The notes under the pieces: generated by a model | Seen by the model: the letters and a program-made list of their open reading frames with translations, nothing else | The model's database searches: none | What the model was told of the DNA's origin: nothing | Made by a program: the position numbers and the translations under genes | In this document: positions 26,953 to 39,405 of the stretch, in pieces | How positions within the stretch are numbered: the stretch's first letter is position 1 | Layout: every line of letters begins with the position of its first letter | Origin: an uncultured Salinivenus sp. | GTDB taxonomy: Bacteria > Bacteroidota > Rhodothermia > Rhodothermales > Salinibacteraceae | NCBI GenBank assembly: GCA_964407535.1 | Contig: CAYOWD010000003.1 | Location: forward strand, 1 to 41,475 | Direction: 5' to 3' | Length of the DNA stretch: 41,475 nucleotides

Positions 26953-27885
26953 ATGCTCTCGATCGAACGCATTCTGTGGCCGACTGATTTCTCGGACGGT
27001 TCCGAGGTGGCCTTCCCGTATGCGGCGGCACTGGCCCACTGGCACGATGCGGAGCTGCATTGCCTGAACGTACGGGAGGGGACGCCCGACGTGCGGGCGG
27101 GGATGGCGGAGCACTTTCCGCTCCCTTTGGACACATTGGCCGCGTATATGGAGGCCGACGACGCGCCGGCTGCTCCTGTGGAGGTGGAGGATCTCCGGCT
27201 TCGACAGGAGCAGGTTGATGGGGCGTCTCCGGCCGATTCGATTCTATCGTATGAGGAGGAGCAGGACATTGACCTCGTGGTTGCCGGGGCGCACGGCCGT
27301 CGGGGACTGCGGCGGTTGCTGATCGGCAGCGTGGTGGAGGAGGTTGTGCGACGATCCGCCTGCCCCGTTATGACCGTTCGGGCGGGACGAGAGGGGACCG
27401 CCGCCTGGAACGTAGACACCATTCTCGTCCCCGTTGACTTTTCGGAAGAAGCGGAGCACACCATCCGGCACGCCAAGGAACTGGCGGCAACCTACGAGGC
27501 GGACATGATCCTCCTTCACGCCGTAGAAGAGATCACGTATCCGCCCGCGTACGGCATGGGTATCACCGATGCGCTCGGAGAGAAGGTGCTCCAGCGCGTT
27601 GAGAATTCCCTGGCAGAGATGGCGCGCTCCCTCATTGGAGACGACGAACACGTGGTCGTTGAGGCGGTGGACGGCCACGCTCCTTCCGTCATCCTGGACT
27701 ATCAGCAGGACCACGAAGTCGACCTGACCGTCATCTCGACCCACGGACGGTCAGGACTTGAACGCTTGTTGCTGGGCGGAGTGGCAGAGCGTGTGGTGCA
27801 ACGGGCCCAGTCGCCCGTCTTTGTCGTCAAATCCTTTGGCCAATCCCTGCTACCGCCGTCGGCTACGGACGACACGACGGGCTGA
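26953..27885 (+). CDS. Universal stress protein with tandem USP domains
   Basis: ILWPTDFS...GAHGRRG...GSVVEEVVRRSACPV, then ILVPVDFS...THGRSG...AERVVQRAQSPV. Confidence 0.93.
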   Translation: MLSIERILWPTDFSDGSEVAFPYAAALAHWHDAELHCLNVREGTPDVRAGMAEHFPLPLDTLAAYMEADDAPAAPVEVEDLRLRQEQVDGASPADSILSYEEEQDIDLVVAGAHGRRGLRRLLIGSVVEEVVRRSACPVMTVRAGREGTAAWNVDTILVPVDFSEEAEHTIRHAKELAATYEADMILLHAVEEITYPPAYGMGITDALGEKVLQRVENSLAEMARSLIGDDEHVVVEAVDGHAPSVILDYQQDHEVDLTVISTHGRSGLERLLLGGVAERVVQRAQSPVFVVKSFGQSLLPPSATDDTTG

Positions 27886-27938
27886 CGCCGGGCCACGTTC
27901 GTTTGTTTTGCTTATGCATTATCAAATTTTGTGCTCTC

Positions 27939-28865
27939 ATGGACGACGTTCAACACGTTCTCCTTCCCACCGATTTCTCGGCGTGTGCCGACCATGCGCT
28001 GTCGCATGCGGTCGAAATTGCGGACCGGTTCGACGCACACCTGCACTTCCTTCACGTGGTCAATGAACTGGATCCCGACTGGTACGGGATTACCGACGTG
28101 CAGGAAAAGGCCGGAAAGCTGCGAAGCCAGATTCAGAGTGAGGCCCAGGAGCGGCTCGACGCGCTCGTTCCCGATACGGAGCTGGACACGACCGTGTCCC
28201 TCCAGCTGAGCTTCGATGTGGCCGACACCATCTACGAGTACGTCGACGAGCGCAACATCGACCTCGTTGTAATGGGAACGCACGGGCGACAGGGGCTGGA
28301 TCGGCTCATGCTGGGCAACGTTGCGAACAAGATCGTTCGGCATGTCCCGTGTCCGGTCCTCACGGTGCGCGAGGGGGTGCCCTGGGAAGACGCGGAGGAG
28401 GACGTTGCCTTCAAGAATATTCTCGCCCCCATCGACTTCTCGGAGCACTCCCGTGCAGCGCTTCGGGCATCGAAAGAGGTAGCTAGTCGGTACGAGTCGC
28501 ACCTACACCTGCTGTTTGTGGCGGAGAAGCGGACGGTCCCAACCTTCAGCGACGCCGGCATTCCGGGGGTAAGCGTGATCGAAATGGATCCCGAGATTGT
28601 CAAAAATGCAGAGACGGCGCTGGAGCAACTCAATGATCGGGTGGGAGGCCCCACGGTAGAGAGCGAGTATCACGTTCGGGAAGGCAGCGTGTCGTCCGAC
28701 ATCGTGGACTTTTCGGAAACGAACGGGATTGATCTGATCGTGATGGCCACGCGCGGCCTTACAGGTGTGGATCGGTTCTTGCTCGGAAGCAATACGGAGC
28801 GGATTGTACGGGTCGCCCCGTGTCCGGTCCTAACGTTGCCGACGGAATCGGAAGACGAAGACTAG
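27939..28865 (+). CDS. Universal stress protein with tandem USP domains
   Basis: VLLPTDFS...MGTHGRQG...CPVLTV, then ILAPIDFS...LLGSNTERIVRVAPCPV. Confidence 0.93.
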   Translation: MDDVQHVLLPTDFSACADHALSHAVEIADRFDAHLHFLHVVNELDPDWYGITDVQEKAGKLRSQIQSEAQERLDALVPDTELDTTVSLQLSFDVADTIYEYVDERNIDLVVMGTHGRQGLDRLMLGNVANKIVRHVPCPVLTVREGVPWEDAEEDVAFKNILAPIDFSEHSRAALRASKEVASRYESHLHLLFVAEKRTVPTFSDAGIPGVSVIEMDPEIVKNAETALEQLNDRVGGPTVESEYHVREGSVSSDIVDFSETNGIDLIVMATRGLTGVDRFLLGSNTERIVRVAPCPVLTLPTESEDED

Positions 28866-28905
28866 AGAAAGGCCAACAGAGAAACGGGGGCGTGCGTCGA
28901 CATGT

Positions 28906-28936
28906 AAAAAGAGGGGGGCGGGACATTGCCCCCTTC
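28906..28936 (-). terminator. Probable intrinsic terminator for the 28959-29237 gene
   Basis: On the minus strand, hairpin GAAGGGGGC-AATGTCCC-GCCCCCCTC followed by TTTTT. Confidence 0.6.
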
Positions 28937-28958
28937 GAAAACAGAACGCCTGTTACGG

Positions 28959-29237
28959 TTACTGGTCCTGATAGGTACTTTCTTCTTCGGTTTGGTAGTT
29001 GGACAGGTCGCTGTCGTCGTTGTCAAACGACTTCTCCGGGCGTTGTTGCGTCCCGGACGAGGAGGGAGCGGTGGCGATAAACAGCATGCATGGAGCAAGG
29101 ATGACCGCGGCCAGCAAAGCCCACATGAGGCTTTGGGTCCAGAGCGAGGCGCGGCTCGGATTGAACATGACGCCTAGAAAACTACAAAGTAGCCACAGGC
29201 CAGTAATCCAGGAAAGAACCGTGAATAATTTTTTCAT
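28959..29237 (-). CDS. Small two-TM protein with an acidic tail
   Basis: MKKLFTVLSWITGLWLL...WALLAAVILAPCMLFIA, then a D/E/S-rich tail and a downstream terminator. Confidence 0.62.
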   Translation of the reverse strand: MKKLFTVLSWITGLWLLCSFLGVMFNPSRASLWTQSLMWALLAAVILAPCMLFIATAPSSSGTQQRPEKSFDNDDSDLSNYQTEEESTYQDQ

Positions 29238-29497
29238 GGTCAACAATGGGAGGAAGGTGGTGGGGGCTGTAAAATAGACGAAACGTCACACATACGTCAT
29301 GAGATAAGGAAAAGGCAGAAAATCGTTCCATCGGAGACGGTATCCTAGATTTCTTTCGAGTTCATCATTAAGGGCCGTGGATATGTTCTACTTGTGCAGA
29401 ATAAGGAACTCATTTCTTATTCAATGTCCTGTGTCGAACAGGGGCGTGACGTGAAGGTATCACTCTGGAAACCGTTCTTTCAGGCTCAATCTCCTCC

Positions 29498-30937
29498 ATG
29501 ACGTTCTACGCCTTGGGTGTAAATCACGAGTGTGCGTCCGTCGAGCAGACGGACGCGTTTGCTCTGGAGCCGGACGAGCAGCAGGCGCTCTACGACCGCC
29601 TTATTCTCAGCGAAGAGGCAGAGGTGGTTGTGCTATCGACCTGCAATCGGACGGAGGCCTATCTGTACGGGCGCGAGGCCGATGTGCGCCGCCTGGAGGT
29701 GGCCCTTGCCGACGCGGCAGGCTGCTCCTGGCCCGAAGAGGCCTTTTTCTACACCGACGAGACGGCCGTGCGGCACGTGCTCCACGTCACGGCCGGGCTG
29801 AACTCGATGGTGCTGGGCGACCAGCAGATCCTGGCGCAGATGAAGGAGGCCTACCAGCGGGCCGTGGATGCGGGACAGGTGCACTCATTGATGCATCGGC
29901 TCCTGCATACGGCCTTCCGGGCGGCAAAGCGCGTGTCGACGGAGACGGAGCTGTCCCGGGGGGCAGCGTCCGTGTCGACGGCCTCGGTGGAGATGGCCCG
30001 ACAGTACTTCGATCGTCGGCAGGCCATTCGGTCCTTGTCCCAGGTGCACGTGCTGCTTGTGGGGGCCGGCAAGATGGGGCGCCTTGCCCTGAAGGCCCTG
30101 GGGGAAGACGCGCCCGCCTCGATCACCATCACCAATCGCTCGACGGGACGAGCGGAGGACCTGGCCGACATCCACGACGGCGAGGTGGTGCCCTGGAACC
30201 GGCGTCACGAGGCGCTTGCGGAGAGCGACCTGGCGATTGTTGCCACCGGGGCCCCGGAGCCGATTGTGCATTCCTCGGCCCTCCCGGCGCCGACCGAGGA
30301 CACCGCGCCCTGCCTGTTGGTCGATATTGCCCGTCCCCGCAACGTGGAGCCACGGATCGACGAGCGGCCGGGCTACACGGTATACGATCTCGACGATCTG
30401 CAGGACTGGACCCAACAGGTCCGAGAGCGCCGAAGCACGTCGGTTCCGAAGGCCGAGTCCATTTGTGACGACCTGCTGAGCGACTTCGTGACGTGGGTAT
30501 TCCACCAGCAAGCCCTGCAGCCGGCCATCCAGGCCATCCGCGAAACGTTCGATTCCATCCGCGAGCAAGAGGTCGAACGGCACGCCCACCGGACCGACAT
30601 GGACCGAGAAGAGGTGGAGCGGCTGACGAAGTCGATTATGCAGAAGCTGCTGGCGGTTCCCATCGTTCGGCTCAAGAACGTCGACCCGGAGAGTATTGAC
30701 TTTGTGCAGGGCATCGAGTTGCTTCATGCACTGTTCGCGCCGTCGGACGATTCCGGGGGACGCTCCCTTTCGGAGGCAACGTCCGACGAGCAGCCGACAT
30801 TGTCCGAGGCCCCGTCCCGCTGTCCCTACCTCACGCACGATCCGGATGACGGCGACACGACCAAGGCCCTGCACGAAGTGCTGCAGTTGGCCGACGCGTC
30901 CCCCAAAGAGTCCTCGCCCCCGGTTCACCCTGGATAA
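29498..30937 (+). CDS. hemA: Glutamyl-tRNA reductase
   Basis: Motifs GVNH, STCNRTE (catalytic Cys), GLNSMVLGDQQILAQ, GAGKMG and DIARPRNVE. Confidence 0.96.
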   Translation: MTFYALGVNHECASVEQTDAFALEPDEQQALYDRLILSEEAEVVVLSTCNRTEAYLYGREADVRRLEVALADAAGCSWPEEAFFYTDETAVRHVLHVTAGLNSMVLGDQQILAQMKEAYQRAVDAGQVHSLMHRLLHTAFRAAKRVSTETELSRGAASVSTASVEMARQYFDRRQAIRSLSQVHVLLVGAGKMGRLALKALGEDAPASITITNRSTGRAEDLADIHDGEVVPWNRRHEALAESDLAIVATGAPEPIVHSSALPAPTEDTAPCLLVDIARPRNVEPRIDERPGYTVYDLDDLQDWTQQVRERRSTSVPKAESICDDLLSDFVTWVFHQQALQPAIQAIRETFDSIREQEVERHAHRTDMDREEVERLTKSIMQKLLAVPIVRLKNVDPESIDFVQGIELLHALFAPSDDSGGRSLSEATSDEQPTLSEAPSRCPYLTHDPDDGDTTKALHEVLQLADASPKESSPPVHPG

Positions 30938-31027
30938 CGTCACTGGTCCCACGGATCGCCGGCTGGAGGCAAGTATCGAGCGGCGGTGCTGTGTCTGCAT
31001 CCTGGCCCATCAGTTCGTTTTGGTAGT

Positions 31028-31996
31028 ATGACGACCCCCGATCCGCTCGTTCTTGGCACTCGAAGCAGTGAACTTGCGCTGCGGCAGGCGAACAACATCC
31101 GCAACCGACTCGAAGCCCACGGTCACCGGGTGGACATTCAAACGGTGACCACGCGCGGGGATGAAATTACGGACGCGCCGATCTCGGAGATCGGCGACGA
31201 GGCGATGTTTACGCGTGCCCTGGACCGGGCGCTTCTGAACGGCGACATTCATTTTGCTGTTCACTCGCTGAAAGACATCCCGACGACGATTCCGGACGGG
31301 GTGCAGTTGGCGGCCATTGGGCCCCGCGCCGCGCCGTTCGATGCGTTTGTCGCGCATCCGTCCTTTGGGGGCGGCCTGGCGGACCTGCCCACGAAGGCCA
31401 CCGTGGCGACGGCCTCGCTCCGGCGCAAGGCGCAGCTTCGCACCTGGCGGCCCGATCTCAACGTGGAGCCGGTTCGGGGCAACGTCGACACCCGGATCGA
31501 AAAGCTCATGGACAGCGACTGGGAAGGCATGGTTCTGGCCGTGGCCGGCCTTGTGCGCATGGGCCTCTCGGCGTGGATCCGAGAGCACATCGACGTAGAC
31601 ATCATGGTCCCGGCGGTGGGACAGGGCGCGCTCGGGATCGCGTGTCCGGCCGACCGCGACGATATTGCGACCCTGCTTCGGGATCGCATTCACGACGAGG
31701 AGGTGGCCTGCGCCACCCGGGCGGAGCGAGCGTTTCTGCGCACGGTGGGCGGCGGGTGCCAGGTGCCGCTGGGCGCCTGGGGCCGCCTGAGCGAGGGGCA
31801 GGATCTGGTGCTCGATGCCTGCATCGCGTCCCTGGACGGCACGGAGCGGTATCGCGATCATCGGATCTGTGCCCCCGAAGATGCGGAGAAGCTGGGCTGT
31901 GTGCTCGCCGAAGATCTTCTGGAGGCAGGCGGGGAAGCGATTCTGGAGCGCATTCTCGGGGACGCTGAGGAACGGGGAGCGCCCTTTCAGCCGTAG
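31028..31996 (+). CDS. hemC: Hydroxymethylbilane synthase
   Basis: Motifs LGTRSSELALRQ, AVHSLKD, SLRRKAQ, RGNVDTR, PAVGQG and GGGCQVP. Confidence 0.96.
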   Translation: MTTPDPLVLGTRSSELALRQANNIRNRLEAHGHRVDIQTVTTRGDEITDAPISEIGDEAMFTRALDRALLNGDIHFAVHSLKDIPTTIPDGVQLAAIGPRAAPFDAFVAHPSFGGGLADLPTKATVATASLRRKAQLRTWRPDLNVEPVRGNVDTRIEKLMDSDWEGMVLAVAGLVRMGLSAWIREHIDVDIMVPAVGQGALGIACPADRDDIATLLRDRIHDEEVACATRAERAFLRTVGGGCQVPLGAWGRLSEGQDLVLDACIASLDGTERYRDHRICAPEDAEKLGCVLAEDLLEAGGEAILERILGDAEERGAPFQP

Positions 31997-32035
31997 TGGG
32001 GGGGGCGGGGCCAGCCACTCGAAATGACCGAACCG

Positions 32036-32071
32036 ACCGCCTTGGGGCCACATACCGCCTTGGGGCCACAT
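32036..32071 (+). repeat. Perfect 18-bp tandem duplication ACCGCCTTGGGGCCACAT
   Basis: Two identical adjacent copies. Confidence 0.9.
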
Positions 32072-32243
32072 GAGGCAACTGTATGTTGCGGTTTGGGCCG
32101 AGCGATAACGGCTCGCCGACCCGCGTTCGTCCGGTTGAACCGGAATGGCGGGCGCGGGCGTCACAACCCGTGTGCCCCGATAGGGAGGCGTCTCAGGCCC
32201 GAGGCACGATGCGGCCCGGGGGGGACGCCCGATTCCGCTTCTA

Positions 32244-32398
32244 CTGATCCGTGCACAGGTAGGTAAACGTTCTCTTTCGTTCGTGGAGATCTGGGATCTC
32301 CTCTCTCCTGGAAATCTTAGATTCTGGAGATCCTAGATCTCCTGGACCGTGGTCTGCTAATGGTCGGAGTTGTTTTTAGAAACCCATTCACGTATCAG
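32244..32398. mobile_element. Family A-related TA-flanked element (155 bp) with internal GGARATCY repeats
   Basis: TA-ctgatccgtgca...ttcacgtatcag-TA; the interior contains ggagatctgggatc, ggaaatcttagatt and ggagatcctagatc. Confidence 0.55.
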
Positions 32399-32672
32399 TA
32401 ACTTGGCCCGGTTCTTTCGGGCACAATAACCGGACGTACGGTCTCCCGGACCGATCGGAGCGTTTTGAAGGAAATTCGCGTTCGAGAATGCGGTTTGGTA
32501 CAACGACGCACGGTCTCCACCGTGCTGAAGACAATCGTCCATATACGTTCTTCGGGATCATCCGATATAAACGATGAAGGCCCGGGCGCGTGGGGAGATC
32601 GGCTCGCTCCCCTTTTCCCTATACGGCGGTTCCTCTCTGTACAATATACCCCATACGTTTCTGCGAACTGGT

Positions 32673-33416
32673 ATGACTGAAGTGTCGCCTCCGGACGCTA
32701 TCTTGCTGCGCTTTGCCGACGAGCCCGACCCGTACGTGCGAGCGCTGGGCGAGGTTGGATTCCGGGCCGTGTGCCGACCGGTATTATCGTTCGACTTTCC
32801 CGCAGAGCAGGCGCTCCAGGAGCGACTCCAGAACCGGGACCATTACGGGGGCATTGTGGCCACGAGCCCGCGGGCCGCCCGCGCGGTGCGTCGTGTGTTT
32901 GATGCGTCGGGAACCGTTCATACGGAATGGGAGGGAGCGCCCAGCTACGTGGTCGGCCCGAAGACGGCGGAACGGTTTCGGGAACTGGGCTTCGACGTGC
33001 AGGGGGCCGAGACGGGCACTGCGGAGGACCTCGTGTCGTTCATTGCGGAGCGCCCGCCGGACGCGCCGCTGTTGTTTTTGTCCGGCAGCCGGCGCCACGA
33101 TACACTGCCGGACGGTCTTACGGAGGCCAACATTCCATATCAGGAAGAGGTGGTGTATGTGACCAGCCTGCGCACGGATCTGACGCTGCCTCCCGCGGCG
33201 AAGAAGGGATGGCTCGTGTTTTTCAGTCCGTCGGGGCTGGAGGCGGTGCAGGCCTCCGACGCCGGGCCGGTTGACGAGTATCGCGTTGCAACGATTGGCC
33301 CCACCACGGCCGAGGCGCTTCGGGAGAAGGGGGTCGAGGTGGAGGCGGTGGCCGACGCGCCGTCGCCGGACGGGCTGGCGCGGGCGTTGTCGCAGGCGCC
33401 CTCCACGGCGCAATGA
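32673..33416 (+). CDS. hemD: Uroporphyrinogen-III synthase
   Basis: Motifs ATSPRA, VGPKTA, VVYVT, FFSPSG and IGPTTAEAL. Downstream of hemA-hemC. Confidence 0.9.
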   Translation: MTEVSPPDAILLRFADEPDPYVRALGEVGFRAVCRPVLSFDFPAEQALQERLQNRDHYGGIVATSPRAARAVRRVFDASGTVHTEWEGAPSYVVGPKTAERFRELGFDVQGAETGTAEDLVSFIAERPPDAPLLFLSGSRRHDTLPDGLTEANIPYQEEVVYVTSLRTDLTLPPAAKKGWLVFFSPSGLEAVQASDAGPVDEYRVATIGPTTAEALREKGVEVEAVADAPSPDGLARALSQAPSTAQ

Positions 33417-33557
33417 GCGGCGTCCAGGTTGGCGTGTTTCTTCTGAGGGTGGGTTTTGGGTGTTGTGGGGTGGGCGTTTTGCGGGTTCTGCGAGGGGAGG
33501 ATCGTATTTGGGAACGGCTCCTCCAGGGGACAGGCGGATGTGATCGATGCGGGATCG

Positions 33558-34238
33558 TCACGCGTCGGACGACGTGACGCCGTCAATGGCGGCCCGGAAG
33601 CGGGCGGTGGCCCGTTCGGGATTCTTGGCCGTGCAGACGGCCGAGAGGACGGCGACGCCGTGGGCGCCTGCGTCGAGTGTTCGTCGGACGCGATCATGGG
33701 TAATCCCGCCGATGGCAATCACGGGAATCGGTACGGCCTCGCTCGCCTTCGCAACGCCCTCCGGCCCCTTCACCGATTTGGGGTTGCGCTTGGAGGTGGT
33801 TGGGTAGACCGGGCCGAAGCCGATGTAATCAGCCCCGTTCTCGTAGGCCGCTACGGCCTGCGTCGTCGTCGTGGCGGTGGCGCCGATGATGGCGTCCGGG
33901 CCGAGGATGGCACGGGCCTCCTCCACGGGAAAGTCCTGCTGGCCCAGGTGTACGCCGGCGGCCCCCACGGCCTGCATTACGTCGAGGCGGTCGTCGACGA
34001 TCAAGGGGATGGAAGCGTCCCGACACACCTGCGCGACGGTCTTGGCTTCGGTCAGGATGTTTTGAACGCCGCCGTGCTTCTGGCGGAACTGCACGGAGTC
34101 GGCCCCCCCGCGAATGGCCCGGCGCGCCAGTTCCGCGTGCGAGTGCTGTTGCTGAAGGTGAAAGTCGGTGAGGACGTGGAGGCGTCCAATGTCGGGGGAT
34201 GTGGCCGTCGGGTCGCCGTTTGAAGTGGGCTCCTCCAT
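33558..34238 (-). CDS. thiE: Thiamine-phosphate synthase
   Basis: Motifs VQFRQK, LIVDDRLD, GVHLGQQD, ADYIGFGPVYPTTSK and VIAIGGI. Confidence 0.93.
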   Translation of the reverse strand: MEEPTSNGDPTATSPDIGRLHVLTDFHLQQQHSHAELARRAIRGGADSVQFRQKHGGVQNILTEAKTVAQVCRDASIPLIVDDRLDVMQAVGAAGVHLGQQDFPVEEARAILGPDAIIGATATTTTQAVAAYENGADYIGFGPVYPTTSKRNPKSVKGPEGVAKASEAVPIPVIAIGGITHDRVRRTLDAGAHGVAVLSAVCTAKNPERATARFRAAIDGVTSSDA

Positions 34239-34509
34239 AATGAAGGGAATTGGTGGAACGGATCGCTCCGCTTCTGCACACGTAACCGGCGAGGCAGTTC
34301 CAGGAGCAGGGCGATTGCGTGCCAAAGAATCCATCCGAACGACGACGCCTTGACGAGCATTTTCCGTCACGTTATGCCGTGCCGTATGTGCGTTTGTGGG
34401 TATGGGAGTGGTGAGGAGAGTGCCCGAATAGAAAGGGCGGCCTGTTCCCGGCATAAAGGGCAATTGCCGTACCGGGACGCACTTTTATGATCATTGATGT
34501 TTTCTTCCG

Positions 34510-35829
34510 ATGACTGACGATCTCGTTTCCGATGCTCGGACCTTGTACGAGGCGGCGGTTCGCCGCGTACAGGCCGACCAGTTGATAGACGCCACTCAGG
34601 CTTCCGAATGGGCGCCGCAGCCCCTGGCCGGGTACGACACCGTTCGGGTGGCCGGCATGGGAAAAGCCGCTATGGCCATGGCGGGCGTTGTGGAAGCCCG
34701 ATTGCCGGAGCAGATCGAAGACGGCATTGTCGTGGTGCCGGAGGGCTATCCGGACACCTATCCGGAGCGATTGCCGGCGCCGTCGACGGTGCGAGTGATG
34801 GAGGGCGGGCATCCGTTGCCCACGCAGGGGAGTGTCCGGGCGGGGCGCCGGCTGCGGGAACAGGCAGAGGCGACGACGGAGACCGACCTCCTGCTCGTCC
34901 TCGTCTCCGGCGGCGGCACGGCCCTCGCGTCGCTGCCCGTCGAGCACGTGGATCTGGCGGATCTCAAGACGACCTATCACCGGTTGATGACGGCGGGGGT
35001 GCCCATTCAACCGGCCAACGCCGTGCGAAAGCACCTCACGCAGGTCGGTGGGGGGCAGCTGGCGCAGGACGCCGCGCCCGGTCACGTGGCGGGATTGCTG
35101 GTGTCGGACGTGGTGGGGGACGACCCGTCGACGATTGCGAGCGGGCCCACCGTGCCGGACCCCACCACCTACGAAGAGGCCATGCAGGTGCTGTACCGGC
35201 ACGAGCTCTGGCACGACGTGCCGGAAACGATCCGCGATCATCTGGCGGCCGGGGGGCGGGGGCGTCGCCCGGAAACGCCGACGGCGGAGGCGGCCTGCTT
35301 CGACACGACCACGACGACGTTGCTTGGCAACAACGACCGGGCGCTGGAAGCAGCGCGGGCAGCGGCGGAGGAGCGCGGGTACCGGGTCCATACGGTGGCC
35401 TCCGGAGTGGAGGGCGAGGCCCGCGCCCTTGGGCGCGAGCACGTGCAGGCGATGCGAGCGGCCGACGTGGACGAACCGAGGTGCTGGCTGTGGGGCGGGG
35501 AGCCGACCGTAACGGTCACCGGCGACGGCACCGGCGGCCGCAACCAGGAGCTGGTGCTGAGCGCTGCGCTCGAACTGGCGGAGGGGACCGAGAACGCGGT
35601 GCTGTTGAGCGGGGGGACCGACGGAATCGACGGCCCGACGGACGCGGCGGGGACATGGGCGACGCCGGAGACGGCCGCCGCGGCCCGGGCGGCGGGGCAC
35701 GATCCGCAGCAGCACCTCGACAACAACGACGCGTATCCGCTCTTCGACGCACTCGATCAATTGCTCCGCCCCGGCCCCACCCACACCAACGTGATGGATG
35801 TGCACATCGGCCTCGTCCATCCCGGATAG
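34510..35829 (+). CDS. Glycerate kinase type 2 (MOFRL family)
   Basis: Motifs GMGKAA, GHPLP, LVSGGG, SDVVGDD..IASGPT, GGEPTV, GGRNQE, TDGIDG and GPTHTNVMD. Confidence 0.92.
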   Translation: MTDDLVSDARTLYEAAVRRVQADQLIDATQASEWAPQPLAGYDTVRVAGMGKAAMAMAGVVEARLPEQIEDGIVVVPEGYPDTYPERLPAPSTVRVMEGGHPLPTQGSVRAGRRLREQAEATTETDLLLVLVSGGGTALASLPVEHVDLADLKTTYHRLMTAGVPIQPANAVRKHLTQVGGGQLAQDAAPGHVAGLLVSDVVGDDPSTIASGPTVPDPTTYEEAMQVLYRHELWHDVPETIRDHLAAGGRGRRPETPTAEAACFDTTTTTLLGNNDRALEAARAAAEERGYRVHTVASGVEGEARALGREHVQAMRAADVDEPRCWLWGGEPTVTVTGDGTGGRNQELVLSAALELAEGTENAVLLSGGTDGIDGPTDAAGTWATPETAAAARAAGHDPQQHLDNNDAYPLFDALDQLLRPGPTHTNVMDVHIGLVHPG

Positions 35830-35945
35830 GGCCGTTTGCCGGGGACGGAACGCAAAATCGCGCGTCGCGAACCGAAGCGCCGGGCCTCCGTTCACAGTCC
35901 TTCCTTCTTCTGCGCGCTTTTTTCGATTGCTTGCGTCCCCTGTTC

Positions 35946-38048
<2,103 letters not shown>

Positions 38049-38088
38049 CGAGAGGAGAGAAAGCTTTTTTGCAAATCGATTCGTGATA

Positions 38089-38209
38089 CCAAATCCGCCT
38101 ACAAAGTTCGGGCTTGCAAAAGTATTGACGCAAGCACAAACGAATGGGCATCAAGTACATACTTTCACACGTACATACACACAAACCCGAATCCTTCAAT
38201 CGGATTCGG
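38089..38209 (-). mobile_element. Repeat family B (121 bp), TA on both sides
   Basis: TA-ccaaatccg...cggattcgg-TA. Ends 8 nt before the thiolase ATG. Confidence 0.85.
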
Positions 38210-38217
38210 TATGACCC

Positions 38218-39405
38218 ATGCGCGACGTATACATTGCTTCCGCCGTTCGCTCCCCCATTGGCCGGTTCGGGGGCGCGTTCCAGAATCATTCGCCGGTGGA
38301 CCTGGCCGCGCCCGTCATGGCGGAGGCCGTGGACCGGGCCGGGGCCGAACGCTCGGCGCTCGACCTCTACATTCTGGGCAACGTGCTCCGGGCTGGCCAG
38401 GGCCAACTCGTGCCGCGCCAGGCCGCGCGTCAGGCCGACATTCCCAGGAGCGTCGACGGCTACGCCGTGGACATGGTCTGTGCGTCCAGCCTGATGGCGA
38501 TCATGAACGGAGCTACGAAGATCAAGGCGGGCGAGGCGGATCTCATTCTCGCCGGAGGGACGGAGGCCATGTCCAATGCCGGATTTTATCTCAATTCCGG
38601 CGTCCGATGGGGGTACACGTTTGCTCCGGACGGGGCCAACCTGCAGGATGTGATGCACCGCGATGGCCTCAGCGATCCGGAGAGCGGCGAGGCGATGGGC
38701 GAGCAGACGGAGCGACTCTGCGAGGAGGTCGGGGTGTCCCGATCGGAGCTCGACGAGGTGGCGGCGCAGTCCCAGCAGCGAGCGGCGGAGGCCACGGAGA
38801 GTGGGGCGTTCGATTCGGAAATCACGCCGCTTGATTACAAGGAGCGGGGAACGACGAAGGTGCTGGATGCGGACGAAGGGATTCGCCCGGAGACCACGGC
38901 CGAGGGACTGGCCGGGCTGTCGCCGGCATTTCGGAAGGATGGGGTGTTGACGGCGGGCAACAGCAGTCAGATTTCCGACGGGGCGGCGGCCGTCGTGCTG
39001 GCAAGTGCCGACGCGGTCGAAGCCCATGACCTGTCCCTGCTCGCGCGGGTGGGCACGGGACAATGGGCGGCGGGGGAGGCGTGGCGCTTTGCGGAGGCGC
39101 CGATTCCGGCGGTGCGGCAGGTGCTGGAGGAGACGGGCCTCGATATCGAGGATTTTGACCTGTTCGAAAACAACGAGGCGTTTGCCCTCAACAACATCCT
39201 CTTCCATCGCGAACTCGACGTGCCGTACGAGCGGCTCAACGTACACGGCGGGGCCATTGCACTCGGCCATCCCATCGGAGCGTCCGGCGCGCGGATTGTT
39301 GTGAGCCTGCTACATGCCCTTCGTCAGCACGACGAGACCCTCGGCCTGGCGTCCATCTGCCACGGGACCGGGGGCGGCGTGGCGCTACCTATTGAGCGCG
39401 TGTGA
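38218..39405 (+). CDS. Thiolase (acetyl-CoA C-acyltransferase)
   Basis: Motifs RSPIG, DMVCASS (Cys), TAGNSSQISDGA, NEAFA, GGAIALGHPIGASG and SICHGTGGG. Confidence 0.95.
   Translation: MRDVYIASAVRSPIGRFGGAFQNHSPVDLAAPVMAEAVDRAGAERSALDLYILGNVLRAGQGQLVPRQAARQADIPRSVDGYAVDMVCASSLMAIMNGATKIKAGEADLILAGGTEAMSNAGFYLNSGVRWGYTFAPDGANLQDVMHRDGLSDPESGEAMGEQTERLCEEVGVSRSELDEVAAQSQQRAAEATESGAFDSEITPLDYKERGTTKVLDADEGIRPETTAEGLAGLSPAFRKDGVLTAGNSSQISDGAAAVVLASADAVEAHDLSLLARVGTGQWAAGEAWRFAEAPIPAVRQVLEETGLDIEDFDLFENNEAFALNNILFHRELDVPYERLNVHGGAIALGHPIGASGARIVVSLLHALRQHDETLGLASICHGTGGGVALPIERV

Noticed and set aside
34239-34509. TPP riboswitch upstream of thiE
   Set aside because: No GCTGAGA-type core motif is seen on the coding strand.
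34608-35945. 1146-aa fusion ORF extending the YyaL-like protein
   Set aside because: The extension is an off-frame overlap of glycerate kinase; the family N-terminus MPNRLA starts at 35946.
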